Positions 48,661 through 57,363 of a stretch of DNA of 64,000 bases are shown here, one piece after another (the first letter of the stretch is position 1; every line of letters starts with the position of its first letter). Source of the stretch: Candidatus Latescibacterota bacterium (lineage in GTDB: Bacteria > Latescibacterota > UBA2968 > SICM01); assembly GCA_965217865.1 (NCBI GenBank), contig CBDCJO010000002.1, positions 928,001 to 992,000 of the forward strand. The letters run 5' to 3'. Position numbers and translations under genes: made by a program. The notes beneath the pieces are model-generated. The model was not told where the DNA came from and ran no database searches. It worked only from the letters and a program-made list of their open reading frames with translations.

Positions 48661-50043
48661 TTACAAGGGGATGTCTGAGATAACCTCCTCCATCCTCATC
48701 CCTCGGGAACCTTTGACGAGGAGAAGGTCGCCGGGTTGAAGGGTCTCGGCAAGGGCATGAGCAAGTTCAGTTTTGTCCGTGAAGTGACGGGCGCGTTCTC
48801 CAAGACCAATGGCCCCTTTGTTGATTTCGGCTGCAAGGGGACCGAACGTGAAGAGGAGGTCGATGCCCTTCGCCTTCGCGAATGTCCCAATCTCTCGGTG
48901 TAACCCCGGGGCTTCGCTTCCGAGTTCCAGCATGTCACCCAAACAGGCGATTCGCCTTCCCTCTTCCCCAACTTGGATTGAGACCAAAGTTTCAATGGCC
49001 GCCCGCATAGAGGTGGGGTTTGCATTGTATGCGTCGTTCAAGATAAAAACCCCGCCGCGTGTCTGGATCACGCCCCGCATCGCGGCGGGTTGATAGGCCT
49101 CGATCGCCGAGGCCGCGTCTTCCACTGAGATGTCGAACGCATAGCCGACGGCTGCTGCCGCCAATGCGTTGTAAACGTTGTGACGGCCGGGGATTCTAAG
49201 ATTAATTTTTCGGCCCTGCAGAGAGAAATGGCCGCAACCTACCTGGTCAAGGACAAGTCCCTCCCCACGGAACTGACATATCTGCTCGATGCCAAAGCCT
49301 AGGAGTCTCCCCTTGATTTTGTTTTGCTCCTTGGCTAACCACAGGTCATCGAGATTCAAGATAGTCGTCGAAGACTCGTCCAGATAACCCAGGATTTCCC
49401 CTTTGGCTTTGGCCACTCCCTCTACAGAGCCTAAATACTCTAAATGAGATGGTCCAACATTTGTGATTAAGCCGACGTTCGGATCGGCCACTTGGCAGAG
49501 GGTTGTGAGACCCGCCGCCTCGCTGATGCCCAACTCCAGGACTGCGATCTGGTGCCTGGAGGATAAGCGGAATAACGTAAGCGGAACGCCCTGCCTGCTG
49601 TTTAGATTCCCCTCGGTCTTAAGAATGCGGTAACGGGTCGATAGAACTGCGGCTGCGATTTCTTTGACCGTGGTCTTTCCCGTGCTTCCCGTAATTCCAA
49701 CAACCGGGATGCGGAAATTTTTCCGGTAAGCCCGACCGATGTCTGACATCGCCTGTTCCGGGTCCTCGACCAGAATCATCGTCCCGGTCGGTCGATCTTC
49801 CCCGCGAAGGCCTTCAAACCAAAGTCGGGAAACGACCGAGCAAGGGGCCCCTTTTGAGAAAGCCGATTCTACGAACTCATGCCCATCGGTTCGAGTCCCC
49901 TTCAGGGCAAAGAAGATCTCACCAGACGATATCGTTCGTGTGTCGATGGAGGCCCCGGTCGGTTGAAAATCCGGGGGACAACCACCGGCCACCAGATGGC
50001 CACCGGAGGCCTCGGCGATGTCTCCGAGGGGAAAGTGTTCCAT
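48661..50043 (-). CDS. murF: UDP-MurNAc-tripeptide D-Ala-D-Ala ligase
   Basis: Motifs ITGSTGKTTVKE, GNLN, DAYNANP.SM, GDMLELG and VKGSRGM. Confidence 0.96.
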   Translation of the reverse strand: MEHFPLGDIAEASGGHLVAGGCPPDFQPTGASIDTRTISSGEIFFALKGTRTDGHEFVESAFSKGAPCSVVSRLWFEGLRGEDRPTGTMILVEDPEQAMSDIGRAYRKNFRIPVVGITGSTGKTTVKEIAAAVLSTRYRILKTEGNLNSRQGVPLTLFRLSSRHQIAVLELGISEAAGLTTLCQVADPNVGLITNVGPSHLEYLGSVEGVAKAKGEILGYLDESSTTILNLDDLWLAKEQNKIKGRLLGFGIEQICQFRGEGLVLDQVGCGHFSLQGRKINLRIPGRHNVYNALAAAAVGYAFDISVEDAASAIEAYQPAAMRGVIQTRGGVFILNDAYNANPTSMRAAIETLVSIQVGEEGRRIACLGDMLELGSEAPGLHREIGTFAKAKGIDLLFTFGPLAAEINKGAIGLGERARHFTDKTELAHALAETLQPGDLLLVKGSRGMRMEEVISDIPL

Positions 50044-50143
50044 TTTTCAAGCAAACATAGCACACGGGATTGGACCTACGAAGCTCTCACCCACATAGCG
50101 TTTTGTATTATGGAAAAAGCCCCTTATCGCCCCTTGGTCTGTC

Positions 50144-51619
50144 TCAAGATGAACCCGCTTGGGATACATCTTGAAGGGCCTCGCGGACCACCTGGCGATC
50201 GTCAAAGCGTATCCTGGCTGTACCGATTTCCTGATAACTCTCATCGCCTTTTCCCGCAATCAGGACGACATCGCTTCGCTGGGCGACTTCAATCGCCCGA
50301 TAGATGGCTTTGCGCCGGTCCGGGATGACCTCGGCCACCCCTTTTGTGGTTCCCGTCAGGATCTCTGCGATAATGGTATCGGGATCCTCTGTACGGGGAT
50401 TGTCGGAAGTCACGATGACGGCGTCCGACAAATCCTCCGCCAACTTGCCCATCAGGGGCCTTTTTCCTCTGTCCCGGTCTCCTCCGCAGCCGAACACACA
50501 GATCAACCTGCCAGCGGTGAGCCCCCTGGCCGCGGTGAGAACTTTTTCAAGGGCATCGGGTTTATGAGCATAATCCACGAGGACTGCGAAGGGTTGTCCG
50601 GCCTCTACGGACTCAAACCGGCCGGGCACGTGTACGTTCAAGAGGCCCTCCCGGATGTGATCGAGATCGATACCAAGAGCTAATCCGGTTGCAACACCGG
50701 CCAAGAGATTGGCGATATTGAAAACCCCTTTGAGATTCGACCGGAGCTCCAGGTCCCCAACCCGAGTTGCCACCTCCATCCGAGTGCCCTTCCAATCGGT
50801 GGTGTAACTGTCGGGCCGCACCTGAGCATCCAGGGCAAGCCCATAAGTGATCACGGAAGCCCGCGTACGTCTTGCGAGCTCCGCGGAAGCTGGATCATCC
50901 GCATTCAGTATCGCGTATGCTCCGGATTCAGATCTGAGATTTTCAAAGAGCCGCGCCTTTGCTTCGAAGTAGGCACGCTGCGTTTTGTGAAAGTTCAGAT
51001 GGTCTCTGGTCAGGTTTGTGAAAACGGCTGCTCTAAAGTCTATACCATAAACCCGGTCGAGGGCTAAGGCGTGGGAAGTGGTCTCCATGACCACCGCCCT
51101 GTCGCCTTTTTCAATCATCCGCCTGAGGATCTGGCATACTTCGTGGGCAAAAGGGGTCGTATTTTGGGCCGGTTGAACTTCTCCTCCAACGACATTTTGA
51201 TGGGTCCCGATCCGACCTGCCCGATACCCGGCGCTATCGAGAATCGACTTGATCAGATAGGTTGTGGTGGTCTTACCGCTGGTACCCGTCACTCCGATCG
51301 GGATGAGTTCCCGCCAAGGTTCCCCGTAATAGCGCTGCGCAAGGAGGGCAAGTGCCCGACGGGAATTCAGCACCTGGATCTTGACCGCCGGCCCCGTCGA
51401 AAGGTCGTCCTCCAAGACGACGGCGGATGCCCCGTGTGCGACCGCGTCCGGTATGAAAGGGTGCCGATCCTTCTCTTCCCCGCCCCGAATGGCTACGAAC
51501 AGATCCCCGGGGCCAATTCGGCGGGAGTCGACGCTGATGTTCCGGATCTCGACCCTCTGATCTCCCTGAACGACTGCGTCGGGCAAGGCGGTCAGAAGGT
51601 CCTGAAGTCTCATTTCCAA
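50144..51619 (-). CDS. murE: UDP-MurNAc-dipeptide meso-diaminopimelate ligase
   Basis: Motifs VTGTSGKTTT, FTNLTRDHL, VDYAH.PD, FGCGGDRD, SDNPR (mDAP specificity) and AGKG. Confidence 0.96.
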   Translation of the reverse strand: MEMRLQDLLTALPDAVVQGDQRVEIRNISVDSRRIGPGDLFVAIRGGEEKDRHPFIPDAVAHGASAVVLEDDLSTGPAVKIQVLNSRRALALLAQRYYGEPWRELIPIGVTGTSGKTTTTYLIKSILDSAGYRAGRIGTHQNVVGGEVQPAQNTTPFAHEVCQILRRMIEKGDRAVVMETTSHALALDRVYGIDFRAAVFTNLTRDHLNFHKTQRAYFEAKARLFENLRSESGAYAILNADDPASAELARRTRASVITYGLALDAQVRPDSYTTDWKGTRMEVATRVGDLELRSNLKGVFNIANLLAGVATGLALGIDLDHIREGLLNVHVPGRFESVEAGQPFAVLVDYAHKPDALEKVLTAARGLTAGRLICVFGCGGDRDRGKRPLMGKLAEDLSDAVIVTSDNPRTEDPDTIIAEILTGTTKGVAEVIPDRRKAIYRAIEVAQRSDVVLIAGKGDESYQEIGTARIRFDDRQVVREALQDVSQAGSS

Positions 51620-51651
51620 TCATCCAATCCCTCCCACTCCCGATGAGCCTT

Positions 51652-53898
51652 TCAATTGCGCCTCTCCCATTCTGAGATCTGATAGGCAAACTCCATTGGC
51701 CGTTCGGTCGGGGGCTGCGCCGGAAGGCAGATCAGTGCGCACGCGGTCCCGCTTCTTACGACCGATCCGGGTAAAGGGGCTTGAGATGCCACCAGGCCGT
51801 TTCCAGAGATGGATGTCCTGAGCCCCTCGATGCTCAGACGGTTTATGGCCTGCCGGAGGGGAAGACCATTGAGATTCGGGACGGAGATATCAAATGGGCT
51901 ATGCGCCACCATCATCGGTTTGCATTTAACGCTGATCCGGACATCGGAATTCAGGGGTTCTCCCGCCTGAACAGACTGCTCTGTAACAAAGGCCGCGTGC
52001 GACCGGTATGGGACCTCGAAGGTTGCGTTTATCCGATATCTTGTAAGCACCTTCTCGGCTGATTGTAGGGAGAGTCCGATGATATTGGGCATCACCATAG
52101 GTCGGTTTACACCGGGCTGACTGTTTTGGATATCGTTCTTCGCGAGTAAGGATGGTCTAAAGTTTTGTCTTCGCGTGAGGACCCGTTGCATGATTCGGCG
52201 AAATGTGGGCGAAGCAACCGCACTCGCCCAATGCGTTTCGGTTGGACGGTCTATGGCCACGAGGCAAAGAAGGCTGGGATCATCTGCTGGCAGGAAACCG
52301 ACAAAGGATGATACGTAGGCCCCGCTCTCATATCCTCTTTTTCCTTCCGCCACTTGTTGAGCCGTGCCGGTTTTCCCCGCGATGTCGTAACCAGGAAGGG
52401 CTGCGGATTTTCCGGTCCCGTGTTTTACAACCCCCATTAAAAGATCAACCATGGTCCGACTGGTGCTCTCTTTGATGACTCGACGGCCCCTCCTGTGGGG
52501 GATCTCAACCGGACCAGCCCCGCCCGGACCGGACACCGATTTAATTATCTTCGGCTTCATCAAGATTCCATCGTTGGCTACGGCTGCGTACGCAAGGGCA
52601 AGCTGAAGGGGGGTAACCAGAACTTCTTGACCGATGGCGATGGTCTCTAGTGATCGCTTCGACCAGACCGAGGGTTGGTGAATGAGGCCCCGGGCTTCGC
52701 CAGGGAGTTCAATGCCCGTACGGGAATCGAACCCGAACCGGTTGGCGTATTCGTAGAGACGGTCTGCACCCAACCGGCGTGCCACCTTGATCGCACCGAT
52801 GTTGCTGGATTCCTCAACGACCTGTTTGAACGTGAGCAAGTTGTGGGGATGGGAGTCCCTGATGTATCCTCCGTGTACGGCGATTCGACCGTTTTCACAG
52901 AAGATCTCGTCTTCGGGTCGGACGATTCCCTGATCGATGGCTGCAGCCGCCGCGACCAGTTTAAAGGTCGACCCCGGCTCGAACATGTCGGTGATTGCGC
53001 GATTGCGTCGTTTTTCGGGTTTATGATCTCCTGGATGGTTCGGATCGAAAAGGGGGACATTGGCCATCGCGAGAATTTCCCCCGTTCGCGGGTTCATCAG
53101 TATGGCGACCCCAGCCCGTGCCTCGAATTCTTCGACCGTGGAAAGAAGCTCATCCTCTACAATCCATTGATAGTCGGCGTCTATTGTCAGGGCCACGTCC
53201 GAACCGTCTTCGGGTGGGGTCAGAACCTCTCCCCTTTCCGCCAGGAACCTGCCAAGGGCATCCACCTCCGAGACCATAATTCCGGATTGGGCTCTAAGGT
53301 GGTGGTCGAGTCCCAATTCCCCACCCTCGATCCCGATGTTGTCGATATCCGTATACCCTAGAATATGGCATCCGACAGTGCCCAACGGGTAATACCGCTT
53401 CATCTCCACAAGGTTTTGGACTCCGGCATGACTTTCCCGTCCAGCGGACCTTACGACATCGTAATCGAGCTTTCGAGCGAGCCAGGCGAAACGCCGTTTT
53501 CCCACGAGGGTTTTCAAAAGATCCGATTCATCGATCTCGGTCATTCTGGACAGGATTCTAGCGACCGTCCTGGGCTTTTTTACTTCCGCATTATCGGTGA
53601 CAAATAATGAGATAGTTTTGAGATTTGTGGCTATCTCCCTTCCATGCCGATCAAAGATGCGACCCCTTCTCGCATCCAGGACGACACTTTTTTTGTGTTG
53701 ATCATTTGCCCTTTCAAGGTAGGACGCTCCCCCCCAAACCTGGATCTGCACAAGCCTTAGGACGAGAACCGCCCCGAATAAGATCGCTCCCCAAAAAGTT
53801 AAGGTGAGACGGCGGACATGGTCCTTGGAAGTCGCCGTCGGCAAAGAGCTGGGTTTCGGGGATAATATCGTAAGGTTTTTGTTCAACCGGTTTTTCAT
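51652..53898 (-). CDS. ftsI: Class B penicillin-binding protein FtsI with C-terminal PASTA domains
   Basis: RRGRIFDR, EPGSTFK (SxxK), SSN (SxN) and GKTGT; two PASTA-like repeats. Confidence 0.93.
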   Translation of the reverse strand: MKNRLNKNLTILSPKPSSLPTATSKDHVRRLTLTFWGAILFGAVLVLRLVQIQVWGGASYLERANDQHKKSVVLDARRGRIFDRHGREIATNLKTISLFVTDNAEVKKPRTVARILSRMTEIDESDLLKTLVGKRRFAWLARKLDYDVVRSAGRESHAGVQNLVEMKRYYPLGTVGCHILGYTDIDNIGIEGGELGLDHHLRAQSGIMVSEVDALGRFLAERGEVLTPPEDGSDVALTIDADYQWIVEDELLSTVEEFEARAGVAILMNPRTGEILAMANVPLFDPNHPGDHKPEKRRNRAITDMFEPGSTFKLVAAAAAIDQGIVRPEDEIFCENGRIAVHGGYIRDSHPHNLLTFKQVVEESSNIGAIKVARRLGADRLYEYANRFGFDSRTGIELPGEARGLIHQPSVWSKRSLETIAIGQEVLVTPLQLALAYAAVANDGILMKPKIIKSVSGPGGAGPVEIPHRRGRRVIKESTSRTMVDLLMGVVKHGTGKSAALPGYDIAGKTGTAQQVAEGKRGYESGAYVSSFVGFLPADDPSLLCLVAIDRPTETHWASAVASPTFRRIMQRVLTRRQNFRPSLLAKNDIQNSQPGVNRPMVMPNIIGLSLQSAEKVLTRYRINATFEVPYRSHAAFVTEQSVQAGEPLNSDVRISVKCKPMMVAHSPFDISVPNLNGLPLRQAINRLSIEGLRTSISGNGLVASQAPLPGSVVRSGTACALICLPAQPPTERPMEFAYQISEWERRN

Positions 53899-54194
53899 CT
53901 TGGACCGATAAAAATATTTTCTGGAAGGCCAGGGGGCGTCATCATGGACAGTTCTTTAGTGACGATCTTGACAATCCTTTTTCCCTGCGATAATTGTTCC
54001 AGGTTGATTGAAACACCCCTGTGCTCCTCAAGCAGATTTTCTTTCTTTTCGCGAAGGAGGCTTAACTCTCCTGCCAGTTCCATAACCACCAGGTGTTGAT
54101 AGAGATAGATTAGCATGCTCCCTGTGACCAGGACCGTCAATAAAAGATATTGGGCCATGGCTTGGTAGAACCTGTTTAGATTTTTTGTTCTCAA
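53895..54194 (-). CDS. ftsL: Cell division protein FtsL
   Basis: Short TM plus leucine-zipper protein between rsmH and ftsI. Confidence 0.75.
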   Translation of the reverse strand: MRTKNLNRFYQAMAQYLLLTVLVTGSMLIYLYQHLVVMELAGELSLLREKKENLLEEHRGVSINLEQLSQGKRIVKIVTKELSMMTPPGLPENIFIGPR

Positions 54195-54251
54195 TCTGGA
54201 CCCAGGAAAATTCGAACGGAGAAGGAAGCGGATATCATCAATTAGCGATAT

Positions 54252-55181
54252 CTAAATTTTCTGAGTCATTCTTAAGGTCGCACTTCTCGACCGGGGGTTA
54301 TCTGCGATTTCGTCCGGACCAGGTTTCCATTTTCGCTTTCTGCGAAGATATCTGACCGTCGCCTGTACCCCGCAACGGCAGAAAGGAAAATCTGGAGGGC
54401 AGATACAGCCTCGAGTCCAGTCCGAAAAGGCTCGTTTGACGGTTCGGTCTTCTATGGAATGGTAACTGATCACTGCAATTCTTCCCCCGACCTTTAGAAA
54501 GTCGACAGCTTGCCGAAAGGCATCGCGAAGGTGTTCGATCTCGGTGTTGGCTTCGATTCGGATCGCCTGAAAGATTCGCGCAAGGGTCTTTTGAGGTTGA
54601 TCACGCGGTATGACGGCCCGGATGATTGCACTCAAATCTCCAGTTCGGAGAATCGGTCGTTGTTCCCTTCGTATGCAGATCGCTTTTGCGATCCGAGATG
54701 CCTTACGTTCCTCTCCAAATTCCCGGAAGATTCGAAGGAGTTCCTCATATGGGGCCGAGTTTATAATTTCCGAAGCCCTCCGGGCCTCCTTCCCCATTCT
54801 CATGTCAAGAGGACCATCGAGCCGATAGCTGAACCCTCGGGAAGGCTCATCGATCTGATGAGACGAAACTCCCAGATCGAACAAGGCACCGTCGATCTTT
54901 TGTATGGAAATGTCGCGCAGGCTGGATTCAAGATGCCAGAATAGATCGCACTTCAGGACGACCCGGGAGCCATATTCAGACAGGAATTCTGCTGAGGCTT
55001 CAACGGCCGACGGATCCCGGTCGATCCCAATAAGCCCGCCTTTTTCCGAAAGTCCGGACAGGATTTCTGCAGCGTGCCCCCCACCGCCTACGGTCGCATC
55101 GAGATAGAGCCCGTCGGTGTTTGTGATCAATCCCTCCAGGACTTCCGACACGAGGACGGGACGGTGAAATTCGCGTGGCAC
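54252..55181 (-). CDS. rsmH: 16S rRNA m4C1402 methyltransferase
   Basis: Motifs H.PVL, DAT.GGGGH, DLGVSS.Q, GPLDMRM, FQAIRIE, ISYHSIEDR and NPRSRSA. Confidence 0.97.
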   Translation of the reverse strand: MPREFHRPVLVSEVLEGLITNTDGLYLDATVGGGGHAAEILSGLSEKGGLIGIDRDPSAVEASAEFLSEYGSRVVLKCDLFWHLESSLRDISIQKIDGALFDLGVSSHQIDEPSRGFSYRLDGPLDMRMGKEARRASEIINSAPYEELLRIFREFGEERKASRIAKAICIRREQRPILRTGDLSAIIRAVIPRDQPQKTLARIFQAIRIEANTEIEHLRDAFRQAVDFLKVGGRIAVISYHSIEDRTVKRAFSDWTRGCICPPDFPFCRCGVQATVRYLRRKRKWKPGPDEIADNPRSRSATLRMTQKI

Positions 55182-55237
55182 ATTTCAAAATGGGTTCGAA
55201 AACTGGATGGAATACTAATTCGTCTTTTTTTTGAATA

Positions 55238-55681
55238 TTAAAAGAGGTCCGTCAATTCGGCCACTTTCCCGGGATCGATGTTGGCCATGTGACGCTCGTA
55301 ACGCTCCGGATTCCAGATTTCCGCGTGATCCCCAGCGCCGATCACGGTGACGTTATCCAGGACATCGGCCTTCGTTAATAGCCTTTTATTAATGGAAACA
55401 CGACCCTGACTATCGATCCGAACCTCTTCTGAATTGGATGCAAAGTAGCGTAACAGATTCCGGCTATTGGCCTCGGAGACCGATGCGCCTTTCTGAATTT
55501 TTTCGATGAATTCCCGCCAGGATTGGGGATCGAATACGGCAAGACAGCCGTCCAACCAGGCTGCAATGATACAGGTCGCGTCCGTGTTTGAGGGGAAAGC
55601 TCCGCGGATTTTTCGAGGAAGAATTATCCGGCCCTTCGGATCGACCGGAATGGGACCATGTTCGCCGAAGAATGAAGGCAT
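55238..55681 (-). CDS. mraZ: Division/cell-wall transcriptional repressor MraZ
   Basis: Two SpoVT-AbrB repeats (DPKGRIILP and DSQGRV) and EIW; first gene of the dcw cluster. Confidence 0.92.
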   Translation of the reverse strand: MPSFFGEHGPIPVDPKGRIILPRKIRGAFPSNTDATCIIAAWLDGCLAVFDPQSWREFIEKIQKGASVSEANSRNLLRYFASNSEEVRIDSQGRVSINKRLLTKADVLDNVTVIGAGDHAEIWNPERYERHMANIDPGKVAELTDLF

Positions 55682-55732
55682 CGTTGTCGGTGGGATAAAT
55701 CAAAGGATGGAAATCCCAATATAGGGTGCTAT

Positions 55733-55769
55733 CACCACTTAGCCACCATTATTCACCACAATACACCAC
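55733..55769 (-). promoter_or_regulatory. MraZ-binding direct repeats (dcw boxes)
   Basis: Four (G/A)TGGTG units on the minus strand at 55733, 55744, 55754 and 55764 (10-11 bp period), just downstream of the promoter. Confidence 0.8.
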
Positions 55770-55773
55770 CGCA

Positions 55774-55801
55774 AGTATACGAATTCTGAATTGAAAGTCA
55801 A
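55774..55801 (-). promoter_or_regulatory. Sigma70 promoter of the dcw operon
   Basis: TTGACT-16 nt-TATACT on the minus strand. Confidence 0.7.
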
Positions 55802-55935
55802 GACGATTCTTCTTTTCTATCAACAAAAATAACAACTTGTGCTCATATGGGCAGTTGTCTTTTTAAAAGAATTTCGAGCAAATTAATAGGTTCCACATGG
55901 AGATTTTTCCCGAATTGGGGTCGACTAAATTCCTG

Positions 55936-55964
55936 TTGACAATTTCCGCTATCTGCGCCATCAT
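55936..55964 (+). promoter_or_regulatory. Putative sigma70 promoter divergent from mraZ
   Basis: TTGACA-17 nt-CATCAT; no credible ORF follows. Confidence 0.55.
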
Positions 55965-55979
55965 TATTTGGCCATTTAA

Positions 55980-56095
55980 AGAAGGCTCTTTCGAACAACA
56001 AGCTTGGTGTCGCAGGTAACGGAAATACGGAGTCCTTACAGGGACAGTGGGATCCTTAACTTGACCGAGGACCAGGCTTTGTGGAGGGGGTTTCT
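55980..56095 (+). ncRNA. Candidate structured non-coding RNA (long imperfect rod hairpin), family unassigned
   Basis: Nested pairings AGAAGGCTCTTTC/GGAGGGGGTTTCT, AAGCTTGGT/ACCAGGCTT, CAGGT/ACTTG, GGA/TCC and GTCCT/GGGAC. Many G-U pairs favour the + strand. Confidence 0.55.
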
Positions 56096-56469
56096 CACCA
56101 AAACGGGATCACCCTGCGGTCATCTTCCACCGATGCCCTCAAGACGCTGAAGGTTCCTTGGCCGCAAATCGATCGATTTTGGAAGGAAGGTCCGGGGAGG
56201 TTTGAAAGGGAAAGTTTAAACCCTTCGATTCCGGCCGCCAAAGGGCCGCTCCCCCTCTTCTGTTCATTTTGTTCGCTCAGGACAACGTCGACTACGACCT
56301 GAAACGGCAAAAGGGAGATGGGGATACGGTAGATCGGAGGAGAGCGTTGGATGGAGGTTTTAAGTTCCTGGAGAATGGGGAAGTGCGGGGCGTAGCGGTA
56401 TGGGCGAGGTCTGTGGAAGTGTGGGGGAAGTCTCATCCCTTTGGAGCAGCACGGGGAAGATCCTCCCTT

Positions 56470-57186
56470 TTACTGGAGGGTCACGTCGTAGCGGGTTCCT
56501 TTTATCCCCCCGTCGGGCTCGTGGGGAGGGCTTTGCGGCTGAGGGTTCCGATCGGGAGGCTTCCAAGATTTAATCTCTTTCAGTCTGTCATCGATGGTTC
56601 GACGTTTTTTATTCGCGTCCTGTACCCGTTTCAGAAGTCGTTCGGCGGCCGGAGTATAGGATTGGCCGCTCAAAGCCCCGGCCACAGGATCAGGGGGGCC
56701 TTTTCCCGAGCTTAATAGCTCCGGACTCCAGTCGGCCGCTTTTGATAGGGCATCGACCTCCAGGACCATTGCATCGATCCGGTCGCTCTGGAGGCATGCG
56801 ATGTCGAGTATAAAGTTGAGTGACGCCTCCTTCCGGATGGTGAGGGATTCGAGCATCTCAGACGGCGAAATGATGTCCCGGGCCGTGCCGTTTCGACGGA
56901 GTTTGTAAGCATTGATCGTGAGCCTTTTCAGATCAAGCAAACGTTCACCAATCCTGAGATCGACCTTCTCGCTCCTTTCTTCGGCCTCTTTGATATGGGT
57001 GAGGAGCTCATCCGGCCCCTTCAGAGTTTCAGGCAAAGAAATACGATTTCGACGGATTCCGCGTCTCCGTAAACGCCGCCGGTCCAACCGATCCGCTATA
57101 GGGTCGCCCCACTTCATGGCCGACAAGATCGGGAGGACCAGGAACAATAACATGGCGAGAAAATAGATCATGTCGTGTTTAATCAT
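56470..57186 (-). CDS. Hypothetical membrane-anchored coiled-coil protein
   Basis: N-terminal TM (YFLAMLLFLVLPILSA), an Arg-rich stretch and a helical body. The ATG at 57186 fits the adjacent promoter. Confidence 0.7.
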   Translation of the reverse strand: MIKHDMIYFLAMLLFLVLPILSAMKWGDPIADRLDRRRLRRRGIRRNRISLPETLKGPDELLTHIKEAEERSEKVDLRIGERLLDLKRLTINAYKLRRNGTARDIISPSEMLESLTIRKEASLNFILDIACLQSDRIDAMVLEVDALSKAADWSPELLSSGKGPPDPVAGALSGQSYTPAAERLLKRVQDANKKRRTIDDRLKEIKSWKPPDRNPQPQSPPHEPDGGIKGTRYDVTLQ

Positions 57187-57193
57187 CGTTCGA

Positions 57194-57222
57194 AGTATAA
57201 GACACGTCTTAAGGGATGTCAA
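57194..57222 (-). promoter_or_regulatory. Near-consensus sigma70 promoter
   Basis: TTGACA-17 nt-TATACT, ending 7 nt before the ATG at 57186. Confidence 0.75.
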
Positions 57223-57363
57223 CCGGGAATAGGGCGGGCAAAATGAAGTGAAATAGCACAAATGGAACGAAATTTTTTCGGAGTTTCGAAGTGAACATCC
57301 CTGTCCCTCAACCCAATACGGTTTGGGTTTCGCTGCCGACAGGCTGCAAGAATCGGAGGCCTT

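Noticed and set aside
55980-56200. Identification of the ncRNA candidate as SRP RNA, RNase P RNA, tmRNA or tRNA (CACCA at 56096-56100; GGAAGGAAG at 56181)
   Set aside because: It lacks the SRP helix-8 CAGG...GGAA...AGCAG context, the RNase P GAGGAAAGTCC motif, and a T-arm before the CCA.
56081-56715. ORFs 56081-56302, 56095-56436 and 56269-56715, and the G-rich tract at 56310-56430
   Set aside because: No motifs or RBS, and they overlap each other and the neighbouring gene; the G-runs are too irregular to claim a quadruplex.
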